From the NCBI GenBank assembly GCA_030704615.1, contig CM060734.1, positions 62,992,001 to 63,056,000 on the forward strand: a DNA stretch of 64,000 nucleotides. The letters are read 5' to 3'. A model generated the notes under the pieces. The model was not told the origin of the DNA, searched no databases, and saw only the letters and a list, made by a program, of their open reading frames with translations. Shown here one piece after another: positions 13,171 through 26,104 of the stretch. Position 1 is the first letter of the stretch. Each line of letters starts with the position of its first letter. The position numbers and the translations under genes are program-made. This stretch comes from Takakia lepidozioides. Its lineage: Eukaryota; Plantae; Bryophyta.

Positions 13171-13944
13171 CTTGTAAAATTTGTATCATTCTCTTAATGT
13201 TTTCTTTAATTTTCAAGTTGGATAACGTATGATAGAATGATTACATGGATATCAAATTCCCCTTACATTTTTACATTTTTACATTCTACAGAGGCTTAGA
13301 GTCGTCCAAATTTGTTTCTCTCTTTCTATCCTAAACCCTTTAAAACCCTAAACCCTTCTCCGAGTCACCACAAACTTGGACCTTATTGCACTTAATATAT
13401 CTAGTTACACCCCAAACCTTATTTTACTGCCCTAGTAGGTCATCTTCCTAATGTTTCAAGCTATTTTAATATTTTACTGCCCTTCTCACACCCAAAACAT
13501 CATTCCAATGGCATTGTCTATGAATATTGTGCTTGTCAACATGAAGATTCAATCAAAATTACTATCAACTTATATCAAGCATGGTAGAGTACTATGAGTC
13601 TATCCCATGTTCGATTCGACACATTTGTTTATCGTGATTGTATCATAATGTAATATTACATCATTCGACTTCCCAGTCGACGTTCAATGAATTGTTCAAT
13701 TACACTGCAACTTCACAAGCACTTCAATGTCAAATGGACATCTTATATGTTACATTTTGAAGCAAGTATGACATCACTTGTAATCTCACAAAGTTCAATC
13801 ACACATTACTATCCAAGATATTATTAACATTTGAATTAATTTTAATTCAAATACATATTAAGTTTGGTCCGGATTTAAGCCAAAAGTCCAGAAATAGTTA
13901 AAATAGGGTTTCAGCAGTAAACTGAAGAACAATTGAGACTGCCT

Positions 13945-15750
13945 ATCATCAGCCTGCCAATTGACCTTTCCATTGTTGTCTAGAACCCTGATGTGAAACA
14001 GGGTGGATTTGTCCATTTTAGGGAACCCCTAAAGTTGCAGATTGCCCTCCACATCAGGTATGAAGCCAAGACCAGAAGCTCTCATATCTTGGAAGGACAG
14101 AACCAGATTAACCGACATGGGATTGGCTTGTGAGGAAGCCATCCATGTTGGAGTAGTCAAAGATGTGTACGTGTTATCCAGCAGAGTAGATATGTATTGC
14201 GGGATATTAGATATAATAGTGTCCCAAGCCTTCGCTCTCCTTCTTCGCATCAGAGTAGTTACTGACTTCTGTGGGAGGAATTGGTTTTGCGTTCTGATTG
14301 ATGCCATGTGAGTGAATCCTTGCCCCTCCTAGAAGGCCCATCTCGGTGTCTGTTGGAGGAGGGCTGCAGAGTCCATATTGTAGTTAGCAAATAGTGGTTG
14401 CCTTAAATATTCTTGCAAAGTGGCAGCATTCTTTGCGTGAGAGACCCCCTCAGCGCCTGCCATGATTTCCATATGGAGTGTCATGGTTTGGAACCAAGGC
14501 GAACATTTGCATTGCGCCCTTGAACTATCCATCTCAGAGACTGAACCCACAGAGGGGAGGAGGTGGGGAAGGAACCCATGAGGTAAGGTTGTATCAATTT
14601 ACTCCAGGGACTGAGCCTGTGTTTGATTGCCCTCATGACCCATTTACCCAAAAGAGCCTGAATCTCCAATCCTGGGTCAATTATTCCAAGGCCTCCATTG
14701 TTTTTTTTCTGGCATAACTGGTCCAAGATAGCAATGCCCGCCTTACTGGAGTTGTGGAGGTGGCACCCCAAATAAAGTTGCGAATAAGTGTCTTTATCTG
14801 CTTGGTGAGATTGGTCTCAGGATCCCACTGAAATGGATAAATCCATCCTGTTTCACATCACGGTTCTGGACAACAATGGAAAGGTCAATGCAGTACCACC
14901 CCAAGGGCAAGAATACCAGTGGGCTTTGCATTTCAATTGGTTCCTACCATGCCCCTGTCCGACCTCCAGTTTGACTTAGGGGAATGGAGATGGATGGATA
15001 TTGACAAATCTCCTTTCTTTGCATACACTGTCAAGCTGGGTTACAATCTCCTTAACTCGCCAAGATCATTTATGAGAAAATGGTGCTCAAAATGGAGCCA
15101 ACATCATATCTCTCAAGGAGACTGGGATAAAATATGGAAAGACATATGGAGGAAGGATCGACCAGCCAAGGTTTCCGGCTTTCTCTGGAAGCTCACTCAT
15201 AGAATCCTCCTTGTCAGACAGGCAATGAATGAAGAGCAGCCCTCCTCCACGCTCTGCCATGCAACACCAAAAACCATTGAACACTCACTTCTATTCTGCA
15301 ATCTATCTATGAGGATTTGGAGGGTGGTGCTTGCGTTCTACTCTCATTAGACTTCCTTCCCTTCCCCACCATCTCCTCTACTATTGTTATTGAATTTCAT
15401 GCCTGGTCATTCTCAGTGTGCCTGCCCTGTGTGGGAATCGCTTAGAGCCCTAACTCTGTGGAATTTGTGGAAAAGCAGATGCACTTGGGTTCATGAGGAC
15501 AAATCCCCCAAGGCAGATCGGTTTTGTTTCACACATATCATGATCTGCTTACTGAGGGGAAGGCGTAGGAAAATGTACATGCAGCTATTCCCAAAATTTC
15601 AGAACAACGGGGGAGGAAGCTCATACAAGATTTCCAACTCTCCTGGGGCAAAGGCAGCATGCTCGGCACCATGCTTCCTTACAACCGCTTTACCTGACAC
15701 CACACCATTCCCCCCAATGGGAAGTCGCTTGGTGATGGGGATGAGCTAGA
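13945..15750. mobile_element. 3' part of an L1-type LINE with an inverted 5' segment
   Basis: Minus strand 14810-13945 encodes post-RT sequence 'LCQKKNNGGLGIIDP...QALLGKWVMRA'. Plus strand 14820-15500 encodes zf-RVT 'WDKIWK...PAKVSGFLWKLTHRIL...TIEHSLLFC'. Confidence 0.75.
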
Positions 15751-15759
15751 ATTTAATTG

Positions 15760-17360
15760 GCGCCACAAAAAGGCTCGGGACTAGAAGTCTAGGTGTCGCG
15801 CACCTCCCTTCGGTAAGCTCCCCTTCATGTCATAGTTACTCGCTTTGATGCGCGCGCCTAACTCCCAAACTGGCCGCCGGGCCAACTCGGAGCTTCGGCT
15901 GCTCACCGGGACATAACGGTCCCCCTTTGCTCCTCCACAAGACCCTCGCTCACTTTGGGCCTAGTGGAAATTCCCTTTGGTTGTTGGCAGTCCGGAACAG
16001 CTCCCCACACCTTGGTCGCTTTCCGGCTCGCACGCTTACTCACTAGTTTTTGGTCACCAACGGGCTTGCACCGTTCTCGGGGTTACTACTCCCTATATAT
16101 ACTTCTGTAACTGTCCGCGGGGGTTTCACAAACAACACCGTCCCTTTATGGCGAATCACCACGAAGACCCTTGACTCCCGGTGATGAGTCGCGGTGAGTC
16201 TTGGCCCACCCATCATGGCCCCAATGGACCGTGATGAGTCCCAAGACTCCCCACGACTCCCACCACAAGGTCTCCGCCCCATGGTGTGTCCTATGCCACC
16301 CCCACTAATACCCACTAAGCTACCACCACCCCTCGTGGAACCATGCCCACCGCAACCCGGTGTGCGGGGCTCCACCTAATGAGCGCCTTCGCCTAGGCAC
16401 TCAAGGGTGCTTCAGCCCCCGTACCTATTGTTGCCACTGCCCCCACCACAGGGGCAACCCCTCTTGTGTCCCGACCCCCCTGCCCTCAAGGCAAAGGACC
16501 GCGACACACACCCCTACCAACAGGGAGTCGATGTCCTCATCGACTTGTCCATTTTGTAGAAACTAACATCCAAGGTGTCGGCGTCCACATCAAGGAGTTT
16601 ATTTCCGTACCATGACGTCCCATGGCAAAGAACCAAACCCCCACTTGACTCTACTCTCCACTAGCTAGTTCAACCGACTTCTTCCAAGTCCCGGCCAAGG
16701 GTGGAGCCTCTCCAGCTCCACCCAGTGCACTCTTCTTGGCCCACTTCAAGGCCAAGAAATGATCCTCCCCGAGGATCGAATCGCCTTATTGCAACAACAT
16801 TACTTGCAGCGATCGCTCATGATGCCGCTTTTTGGCACCACCTTGAGCAAGGGTTCATCTTGAACCCTTTTTGACTAGGAAGATAACCTTGAACCAACCG
16901 TGCCTCCCAACCACTTCAATGGGGTCCGCCTTGGAATGTTGGTCTGAGGTATAGGAACATGCCGAAGCCGCACTACGACTTCATCCCGAGGTTACACAAT
17001 TATAGTACGTGAACGGAAGCACGTAGCTTCCGCATTGGCCGCACTACAAGACAACCCCCTCGGTATCGCAGTTATAGTACACGCACGCGCCAGGTGCACA
17101 CTAGCACGTGAACTCCCAAAGAAGGCGCAAGTTTTCTTGTCCCTTGGATGGGAGTCACCCGATTTCGGCACTGCGCAAACACATGATTAATCCAATTTAC
17201 CTCTCCCACTTTTGTAAGCTAGCATGCATTCTACACACTAGCCAACCATACCATGCATCACCATTCCAAACAAAATAGGTCGCACAACATTTGGAAACCA
17301 TTTCATTTATAAACAAATTTTGTACAACACAAGTTTTTGCAATCGGATTCATATCCCAAG
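15760..17360 (-). other. Probable 3' non-coding region or LTR of the minus-strand Gypsy element
   Basis: Non-coding GC-rich stretch downstream of integrase, with a purine tract at ~17200-17212 on the minus strand. LTR edges could not be fixed because no second LTR is in the window. Confidence 0.35.
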
Positions 17361-17366
17361 GTTGGA

Positions 17367-20300
17367 CTAAGCATGCATTTCCTCCCCCACGATATTTGCC
17401 AGCAGCTCCAATTCATACACATCCTCATTCATAACCTTCCGGATGCGAAAGGGCCCCGCATACGGAGGTACAAACTTTGGATTCACTTCCGGAGGTAGTC
17501 GAAGATTCTTGATGTTCAATAAAACCTCCATACCTGCCTCAAATTTAACTTCCCTCCGCTTCCAATTCGTCTGCCATTCATACCGTTTCCTAGCTTTGGC
17601 AATGTTGTACTTTGTGAGCTCCAACAAATGCTCGCGTTCTTCCAGCACCGCTACTGCTGCCGTTTCCTCAACGTCCTGGGTGGCCCAACTTGTCGGCACC
17701 AGAGGTGCTTTTCCATAGACCAATACGAAAGGGGAAACTCCCGTTGCGGAGTGTTTTGTGTTATTATAACAGAACTCTGCCGCATCCAAGTGCTCCACCC
17801 AGTCTGACTGGTCTGCCGACACATAATTTCGCAAGATCTGCTTCACCACGGAATTCACTCTTTCCGTTTGGTCGTGCGTCGTAGGTCGGAAGGCCATGCT
17901 CATCTTGAGCCTTGTCCCCATTTTCTTCCAAAGTGTCTTTCAAAATTTACTTGTAAATTTTGGATCGCGGTCCAAGACAATATCCTTTGGGAGTCCATGA
18001 TGCTTGAAGACGTGGGTGAAGTAAAGTCGCCCCGTCTCCTACGCCGTTGCCGTCTCCTTGGTTGGGATGAAATGGCACATATCCACCACCACCATGATTG
18101 CATCGAATCCTTTTGACAGCGACAAAGTAGTCATGAAATCCATCGAGACACTTTCCCAAGACCCCTCTGGAATCGGCAAGGGTTGTAACAGCCCCGCTTG
18201 CTTTTTGTACTCACTCCGGTTTTGTTGGCATGTGGTGCATGTCTTGACATACTCCTCGGCCTCCTCCCTCAGTTTGGGCCAGAAATACTCTTTCTTCAAG
18301 AGTGCCGCGGTGCGCTTGGCTCCGCCGTGGCTCGCAAGCGGGCCATCATGGCATTCTCTCAAGAGACTGTCTCTGATCCCTCCCTTCGGCATGTAGAGAT
18401 ACTTTTGCTTGTACTGAAGCAGTCCATTGTGCAAGTGGAACTGCGATTTAATCCCCAATCTCAAGTCCTGCATCACGGACTTCGCTATCTCATCATTTCG
18501 GTAAGCCTTCCGGATCTTCCTTTGGAGTGCCCTCTCGCCGCTGTACACCAACACGAGCTGCTGCTTTCTATTTAAAGCATCGGCCACCATGTTGTCCCGT
18601 CCCGGTTTGTACTGGATATCCACGTCGAACAGTGCCAAAGTGTCTTGCCACCTAAGTTGTTTTGGGGACAACTTAGGCTGTGTGGTAAAATACTTCACCG
18701 TGACATTGTCCGTGAACACCTTCACCGGGTTGGAACCAACATAGTGGCGCCAAAGCTCAAGGCAATGTACCACCGCCTTCATTTCTTTCTCGTGCATAGG
18801 CCACCGTCGTTCCACTTCATTCAGTTTCTTACTTTCGTAAGCCACTGGATGTCCATCTTGCATGAACACACCCCCAATTGCGAAGTCCGACGCATCTGTA
18901 TGAATCTCAAATAGACGGTCGAACTCCGGGATTTTTAGGACTGGAGCTTCCGCCATCCGCTGCTTCAACTTGGCAAAAGCTTGGCCACAAACGGTGTTCC
19001 ATACTCATACCTTACACTTACACAAAGGTCTGACAGCGGCTCCGTGATCTTGGCGAAATTTCTCACATACTTTCGGTAATAGGAGGCGAGTCCTAGGAAG
19101 GATCGCACTCCCGGGACCGAAGTCGGAGGCTCCCAGTCCAAGATCGCCCTCACCTTTCTGTCATCCATTTTGATCCCATCCTGTGTAATCACATGCCCTA
19201 GGAACTCCACTTTTGTGACCCCGAATTCGCACTTTGAAACTTTGGCATACAGCTTCCCTTCCTGTAATTTCTGGAACACCCTTTTGAGGTGCTCCAGGTG
19301 CTCTTCCTTCGTTTTCAAGTACACCAAGATGTCGTTGATGTACACGATCACAAAGTCATCCAACCACTCCTGGAAAAGGTTGTTCATTAGCGTGCTAAAG
19401 GTCGAGGGTGCGTTGGTGAGCCCAAAAGGCATCACCAAGAACTCATATGAACCATATCTTGTCCTACACGCGGTCTTCTTCTCATCTCCTTCCGCCACTC
19501 GGATTTGATGGTAACCTGAGCGCAAATCGATCCGGCTGAAATACTTTGCTCCTGCCAACCGATTGAAGAGGTCGTCGATCATTGGCAAACGGTACCGGTT
19601 TTTGATAGTCGCCTTATTCAAACCCCTGTAATTGACACACATCCACAGCGTCCAAATCCTTCCTGTCTGCGAATAGCACCGGGGCTCCGTAATGTGACTT
19701 ACTCGGCCGGATGTACCCCTTTGACATTAGATCCTTGAGCTGGGCCTTCAGCTCGACCAACTCTCTGTGGCTCAACCGGTAGGGCGCCTTGGCAGGCGGC
19801 TCCGATCCCGGTATCACCTCTATCTTGTGGTCAACTCCTCTTCGCGGTGGCAAGCCGCTTGGTAAATCCTTCGGCATCACATCCTGGTATTTCTCCAGGA
19901 TCCCCTTGATCCAATCTGGGCTCGGCTCCCTATCGACTTCTCCTTCCATTTGTCTTACATAAAGCAAAAATTGGGGTTCGTGTGGCTCCTCCACGGCCCA
20001 CTCCTTTGCTGTCAGCAGGTTTATTCGCCCTCCCACTCGGTTGGGCGTTTCCGACACTTGTAAAACTTCGCCACCATCCCCACACGGTAGCGTGACTACT
20101 CTCTTGCGGCCATCTATGACCGCTCCGGATTTGCTCAAAAAGGTCATCCCCAAAATGAGATCCATTCCATCGATCTCGCAAATGGTGAAGTTCTCACGTC
20201 CCTCCCAACTCCCCAGCTGATGAGGAACATCGAACGCCAACCTCGTCGCCAGTTGTGGTTCTTTTTTGGCAGAACGCACTTCAATAGAGGCCCCCACATC

Positions 20301-20904
20301 ACTTGTCGGGAGCCCCAGCTTCCGTGCCGTTGCCGGTGTCATGAAAGAGCGCGACGCTCCAACAACGTCACGTTAGTTTCAGAAATTATCCCACTCACAA
20401 ACATTAACTGACTCCCTTTACGCAAGGGGCCAGTCTCCTGATACAACTCACAAGAGTAGTTGCCTACCTTGCAAATCTTGGCAACCACCGCTTCCACCAA
20501 GCGGCTGATGGAATCTTCGGACAACTCCGTGGTCGCTCGAGTCAAGTTCAATTGTCGGGGTTTTGCGCACTTCTTGGCCATGTGCCTGGGCTCCCCGCAA
20601 TTAAAGCACACTCCATCGAAGGTCGCCTTCTGTCCGCCATAAGTCGCCGCACCTTATTTTCTTTTCGGAGCACCGGATGTCGCCTTGACGTGTGTAGGCC
20701 TTCCCTTCGATTTCCATGTGCCATTGTCGCCGCGTGGCCTATCCCACTTCTTTTCCGGTCGGAAGGAGTCACCCTCCCGCCGGGTCTTCTTGTGGTTCAG
20801 CTCCGTACGGCCTTGTCTTTCGCCCCTAGGGACATCCGAGAAACATTCAGCCATTTTAATTGCCTCGTTCAAAGTCTTAGGTGGCTTCTCATCCAACTTC
20901 CGTC
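17367..20904 (-). mobile_element. Ty3/Gypsy retrotransposon gag-pol, degenerate and 5'-truncated
   Basis: Zinc knuckle CFNCGEPRHMAKKC, frameshifted protease, RT (IDLRSGYHQIR, YINDILVY), RNase H (IHTDASDFAIG, VADALNR), integrase HHCC and core, and a PYAGPF motif. Domain order is PR-RT-RH-IN. Confidence 0.92.
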
Positions 20905-21749
20905 GGGTCTATACTTTCTATGAGCAATGAGCACTTTTAAGCATGAGCAGATGCAAAATTAAACATGAGCTGCGCATATACTAGGGAATATTCCCCAATT
21001 CTAGTCCCGCTGTAGATGCATTTTTGCATTTTTGACAATTAAAATATCCAAGAAGTCCCTGGATCAGAGGACATTGGAGGTAGGTTTGGATGCTGAGGTA
21101 GGTTCGGGGGTTGTCATGCATCTGCAAATCGGTGTCGACTTCCACAGTACTGTGGTTTTCCAAAGAGGTCAGGGGGGCTACCACGGAAATAGGTCTTCCT
21201 TCTATAACTGCGGTGAAATTTGACCATTTCATGATGACGGACTGTCCATTTCCCATAAGTCGGCACAGACTTGTGGGGCCCATATGATGTCTGTAATCTT
21301 TAAATGAAAGTTTAATATGTATGTATTTAATGTTATGAGTTTTTTTTATTTTTCACAATTTCCAGTTGAGAAGTCGGCACAGACTTGTCCAATGCCGCAC
21401 TGGTATGTACTAAAAGTCTGCATAGACTTGCCATTTCCTAGGCTTCAAACACACCACCTCGGTCAACTTCACAACATAGGAAAATACACAAAAATGTTAT
21501 GGTCTTGCAATTCTTGAACAAGGATAAAAGACAAACTGGAAGAACACTCGCAAAAACTCAGAGACCGCTCATCGGTAAGTCGGCACAAACTTGCAGAATA
21601 GTAGACGACCCTTCCCGGCTAGTGGCAATAGACGTATTGAATGGAATTCGCTGGCTTAGAAAACAAGAATAGTGGAACGAAAAGCGGTGGATGCAGAACA
21701 TAAGGCAGTATCGTAGGCAAATGCTCCTCATCTTCGCTCGCAGAAGGAC

Positions 21750-24700
21750 GCTTCTGATGACGTTATTCCACCCACACGCAGGGATCATGGTGAAGCATTG
21801 CACTGGCCTCGTTCATACTCAAAGTAGGATAATTAATTAAGGGACTGTCAACACAACAGCGGAGACGCCGAAGAAAAATCCAGTAAAGGTGCTTGCAATG
21901 GGTGTACCCTTCCTTCAGATTGCGCATCTTCACAAAGTCGGTCCGGGTAAATGTCAATTGAGATGTAATAAACCTGCCCGTTGGTTGCTGAGCCGGAAGT
22001 ACTGATGGTGTAAATTCTTCCCATCCCCGGTCGAGGAACATCACGAAAGCTCTGAACGATACCTCGCAGCGACATCGCCAATCTGACCTTCGTCCTATTA
22101 AAGAGTTGTCTGTTTTTTGCGGTTATATTGCTTGCCCCATCTGCATTTGGGGTAATAGTCCCGATTCTGATGAGCTGCGGGTTGGTGGGCACAAACATCC
22201 TCCTCCATTTGAAATCGTGGAATATCATCCCTCGGGACCAGGCAAAACCCGGCTGCATCCAATGAGTTAACTTCCTCTTGAGTCAAATCTGTTCCTGCCA
22301 TCATAGGCCATACCTGTGGTGGGTCAGGTCTGTCCTTCACATCTCGGTGGACTCCCCCACGAATGTCACCAATCGCCTCAACCTCACACCTGTGGCCCTA
22401 ATGAATGTCTTGAGGACAAAACCAGAACTCATGCAATTTCGGTTTTGCAAAAACTGGGTTGTGGCACATTCCAATGTACTTCGGAGCTGGGACGATCTTG
22501 AAGGATGGATCTGCTGCTTATAGGGTTGCCCGCTGTCAACCTGAATACCCCAACATTGGGCACGTGAAAAGTCCGTTGTTCTTGCAATATGCCAATTAGC
22601 AGTGGATAGTGAAGTCTCCAACACTGGTTTTCCCTACTGCTGTGGAACACCGTTGTAGTCGGGAGGTGCGATGTCATCCTCCTCATCCACATCCTCCACA
22701 TGCACTCGGGAGCCACCTGCGCCTGAAGCCCGCCTCGGTCCAGTCCGCAGGTTCATATCAGACCGCCATGAATGTTGATCCTCCTCCTCATCCAGATTGT
22801 GGACGAGTATCTTCCTCTTTGTTGTGTGTGTGAGAAGGTCACCTTCCAAGCCGTCCGCACGGTTATGCAGTGGTGTTCCAACCACAAATGTCTTCAGAGC
22901 CTCCGCCATTTTCTTTGGGTCACTTGACCTCGATGCCGCACGCACCAGCAAATCCTCTCGGCTGGGTCCAACTCTTTTTTTGCCCCCATTAAGGAACAAA
23001 CGGTACCCGGATGTCTGCAGGCACGCATGCACAATATCATGTCGTATTGCCGTGTACATGTCCGACTTCACGGAGCCACTCCCTGCTTGCCAGCTCGCGT
23101 GAACCGATTCCGATATTCACATTCGGCATGTCCGCGTCCTCCTCCAAACTGAGTCCCTGAACAGAGCAAAAAAACTTGTAAGATGGGAAGTCGGCACAGA
23201 CTTGCGTGGCGCCGGAAAACCGAAATGTACATACATGCCTCTTTGGACTACTCACTTATAGGACACGGGAAGTCGGCACAGGATTACAGACGCGACTGGG
23301 CAGACAAACGGAATAAACATACTGGAAAGACGACACCGACATCCCTGTCAGTACTCCGGCGACATGGAGCTGGACTTAGGAAGTCGGCACAGACTTCCCT
23401 GTTTGCACATGGGAAGTTTGCACACATGCAAACGTGCCTGGGCACAGTGGCACTCCACTGACAAGTCGGCACAGACTTCCATGTGACAAAGAAGGATGGG
23501 AAGGCTGCACAGACTGGGTTCGGGGAACAGTATAGTAATAGCATAGTGGTAAGTCGGCACAGACTTCCCTATCTGCACTCCCAGAGCATTGCCATGGGAA
23601 GTCGGTGCAGACTTAAAAAGGTGGCTGGACACACTGTCAAAATAGCCAATGCGAAGTCGGTGCAGACTTCCCTATCACGCACAAAGCATGCATGATGCCG
23701 GAGGTGGGAAGTCGGCATAGACTCCCCGAGCACCGATTTTGGCTGTGACAATCCACCCATCATCTGCTCACGTTAGCAACCGCAAAAGCAATGGATATAG
23801 TAGTGGTGACTTTGCAAGCACCTGCATTCTTACCTCCCTCACGAATGACCCAAGCTGGGCATACCGGTATGTCCACCACGAAAGCCAGCTATCTAGGGCG
23901 GGAATATCTTCTTTGGTTGCCGCTCCCGATGATATCCACCATGATCTGATTGACATGAATGCTATCTCAGCTTTTGTTGCTGTGGCGGCCGACCTCCATT
24001 GTCCACACAATTTAATGTGTGCCGATTGAAAGTTTGGCCAAATGAGGTCCGTGGTATGCCTCTGAAGACTCTGTCCCCAATGAAATCCGCAAGTTCTCTC
24101 CCTACCTGGCATAGGGTTCCCGCCACCATAAACATTTCGAACCGCCGCCCAGTTTGCATTTGCATTGGCCGCCATGAATCCTCTAAAATGCGGTGGTCTC
24201 TTTCTTGCTCGGACCATGTGCTCATTGATGCTCTCCCACATAATCATTTGAGATGGTGTGTCTTCCAACTTCATCTTGCAAATGGCGATGGTCATGAGCT
24301 TCCTGTAGTTGGGCTCGTACACATGGCAGGCCATCGTGCTCCATCCATTTATTTGTTTAACATTGTCGAACATCACCCAGCTAATTTCCAATGGCCCGCC
24401 AACATTCATCATATCCACGAGATGCACCCCGGATGTCGGCCCATCAGTTGACATTTTGAAGACAAAGCACCGTTGATGCTCGTTCCCTTGCCCGGGAAAT
24501 CTGCTGGAATGGATATACTCATACCCACACATAGACTTCATTTGCAGCAAGCTGGTCATTTCGTCACCCCGGCTTGTCTATGATTTCATTCTGTTGATGG
24601 TACTCTTGTTTGATGGGCTGCCAAATGCTTTGACCGCATCCAATAGAGCCTCGAACTCCTTGCTATCAAGTTTGCATCTTTCGCCCCCATCGGCCGACAT

Positions 24701-26104
24701 AATATGTTGCATGACAATGGTCTGCGCCGCATTGAGCTCCACAACTTTTGGTCGTGCCGATGGAGACCTAGTGAGCTCCTCTCTCAATACCTCCTTTGTA
24801 CGCGCAGCAGCTTCTCTGGATGCGCCTGTGGCACTCCTATGGGTGTGGCATCCCACATGGACTGTACAACGTGTCATCAGGAGGTCCGCAGACGTAAAAC
24901 ATCTTCGCCGGACAAGCCTCCATACAGGTAGGAGCTTGGTTGCAAATGGAGCAGACAAACGTCCTCTCCGGTACTGTAATTTGTGCTTGAAATTTCGTAT
25001 CCGAGGTCCCCAGCCACAAAGTGTCGTTGTGATACCTCTCCCTCACAAAAAACAGGCAAGTCGCCCGTACGCATTTCAAACTCCCAACACAGTTCACATA
25101 TCTGCAACACACGGCGTCACGAAGAAATTCAGTGAAGCGAGATGACAAACTCATCTTGGTGTTGTTTGGGAAATCAGCACAGACTTCTCCAAGGACTTAC
25201 AGGACTCTTGATATTGCAGAAAAATCTCATAGTGCCGCAAGATACCAATGTACACACTAAAAATCGGTGCCGATTTCTCCAAGAAGGTCGCACATTTTGA
25301 AATTGCAGAGCATTCTCATAATACTTGAATTCATTTGATACACAAGAGAAATCGGCACAGACTTCAGGAAGGATGAGACAGAGCAACAAACCTAACTGCC
25401 GTGTCTTTCCTGTCTAGCAACGACAATTTCAGATTTGTAGTTTTTGCTATAGTCCATGGGTTTCCGTCATATTTCCGGTCCACGCCTTCCAGCTGGCCCG
25501 TTGCACTGGTGTTTTCTGTCGGCGGCAACTCGTACACAATGTCCCTATCTACTCTTCTGGGTAAATGGTTCACCTTCACTATTTGAACACTGTGAAAGTC
25601 AATCCTAGAAAGCTCACTGCGGGATGTGGTGCTGGTGCGTAGGAGCTGCAAGATGTCCACCATTGAATTTGTAACCGCATCCGCGGGTGTGGGAGTAAAC
25701 ACGTCGGCGTTCACCTCATGTGCATCGTTGTCCTCCGTGGTGTTTGCGCGCGTGCGCGGAGGTGCGGAGTGTGCTCGTCTGCTGCTAACCACCATGCAAT
25801 CCTCATCCTCCTCACTCAATATTTGAATACTCTCCGTCTTCGCAAGACGTGGGCCAAATATGGATGCGGTAGTCGGTGGAGTAAGGATGCCGACACACTC
25901 GACGATGATGCTTGCTGGCCATATACAATGTATTTGTCGACCTGTTTCGTGTGGAATGACATAGGCCCACGCAAAATCATTTCGTTTAGGACTGACAATC
26001 CGAGTTTCCACAACGCCATCCTCTCCCACCTCCTCGATTTCAAAAATAGCCGTCCTAGGCTGCAATGCAAACCGAGATCTGAGAACCTTGTCTGCGAATA
26101 TCAC
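21750..26104 (-). pseudogene. MULE transposase with SWIM zinc finger, intron-containing and degenerate
   Basis: MULE core 'WVMFDNVK...GFMAANANANWAAVR...ERTCGFHW' (23768-24559), Cys-rich region (24837-25154) and SWIM 'DFVKM...HCKHLYWIF' (~21870-21960). GT..AG intron at about 23832-23158. Confidence 0.75.

Noticed and set aside
7700-13920. Terminal inverted repeats for the Sola-like element
   Set aside because: I could not find matching ends or a TSD by eye, so the element boundaries are not claimed.
16106-16996. TGTAAC...GTTACA as a solo LTR
   Set aside because: The flanks (ACTTC and CAATT) do not form a TSD and no second copy is available for confirmation.
23185-23730. Regularly recurring palindromes resembling a CRISPR array
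   Set aside because: The repeats are only 16-22 bp and degenerate, spacing is irregular, the context is a eukaryotic transposon intron, and no cas genes are present.
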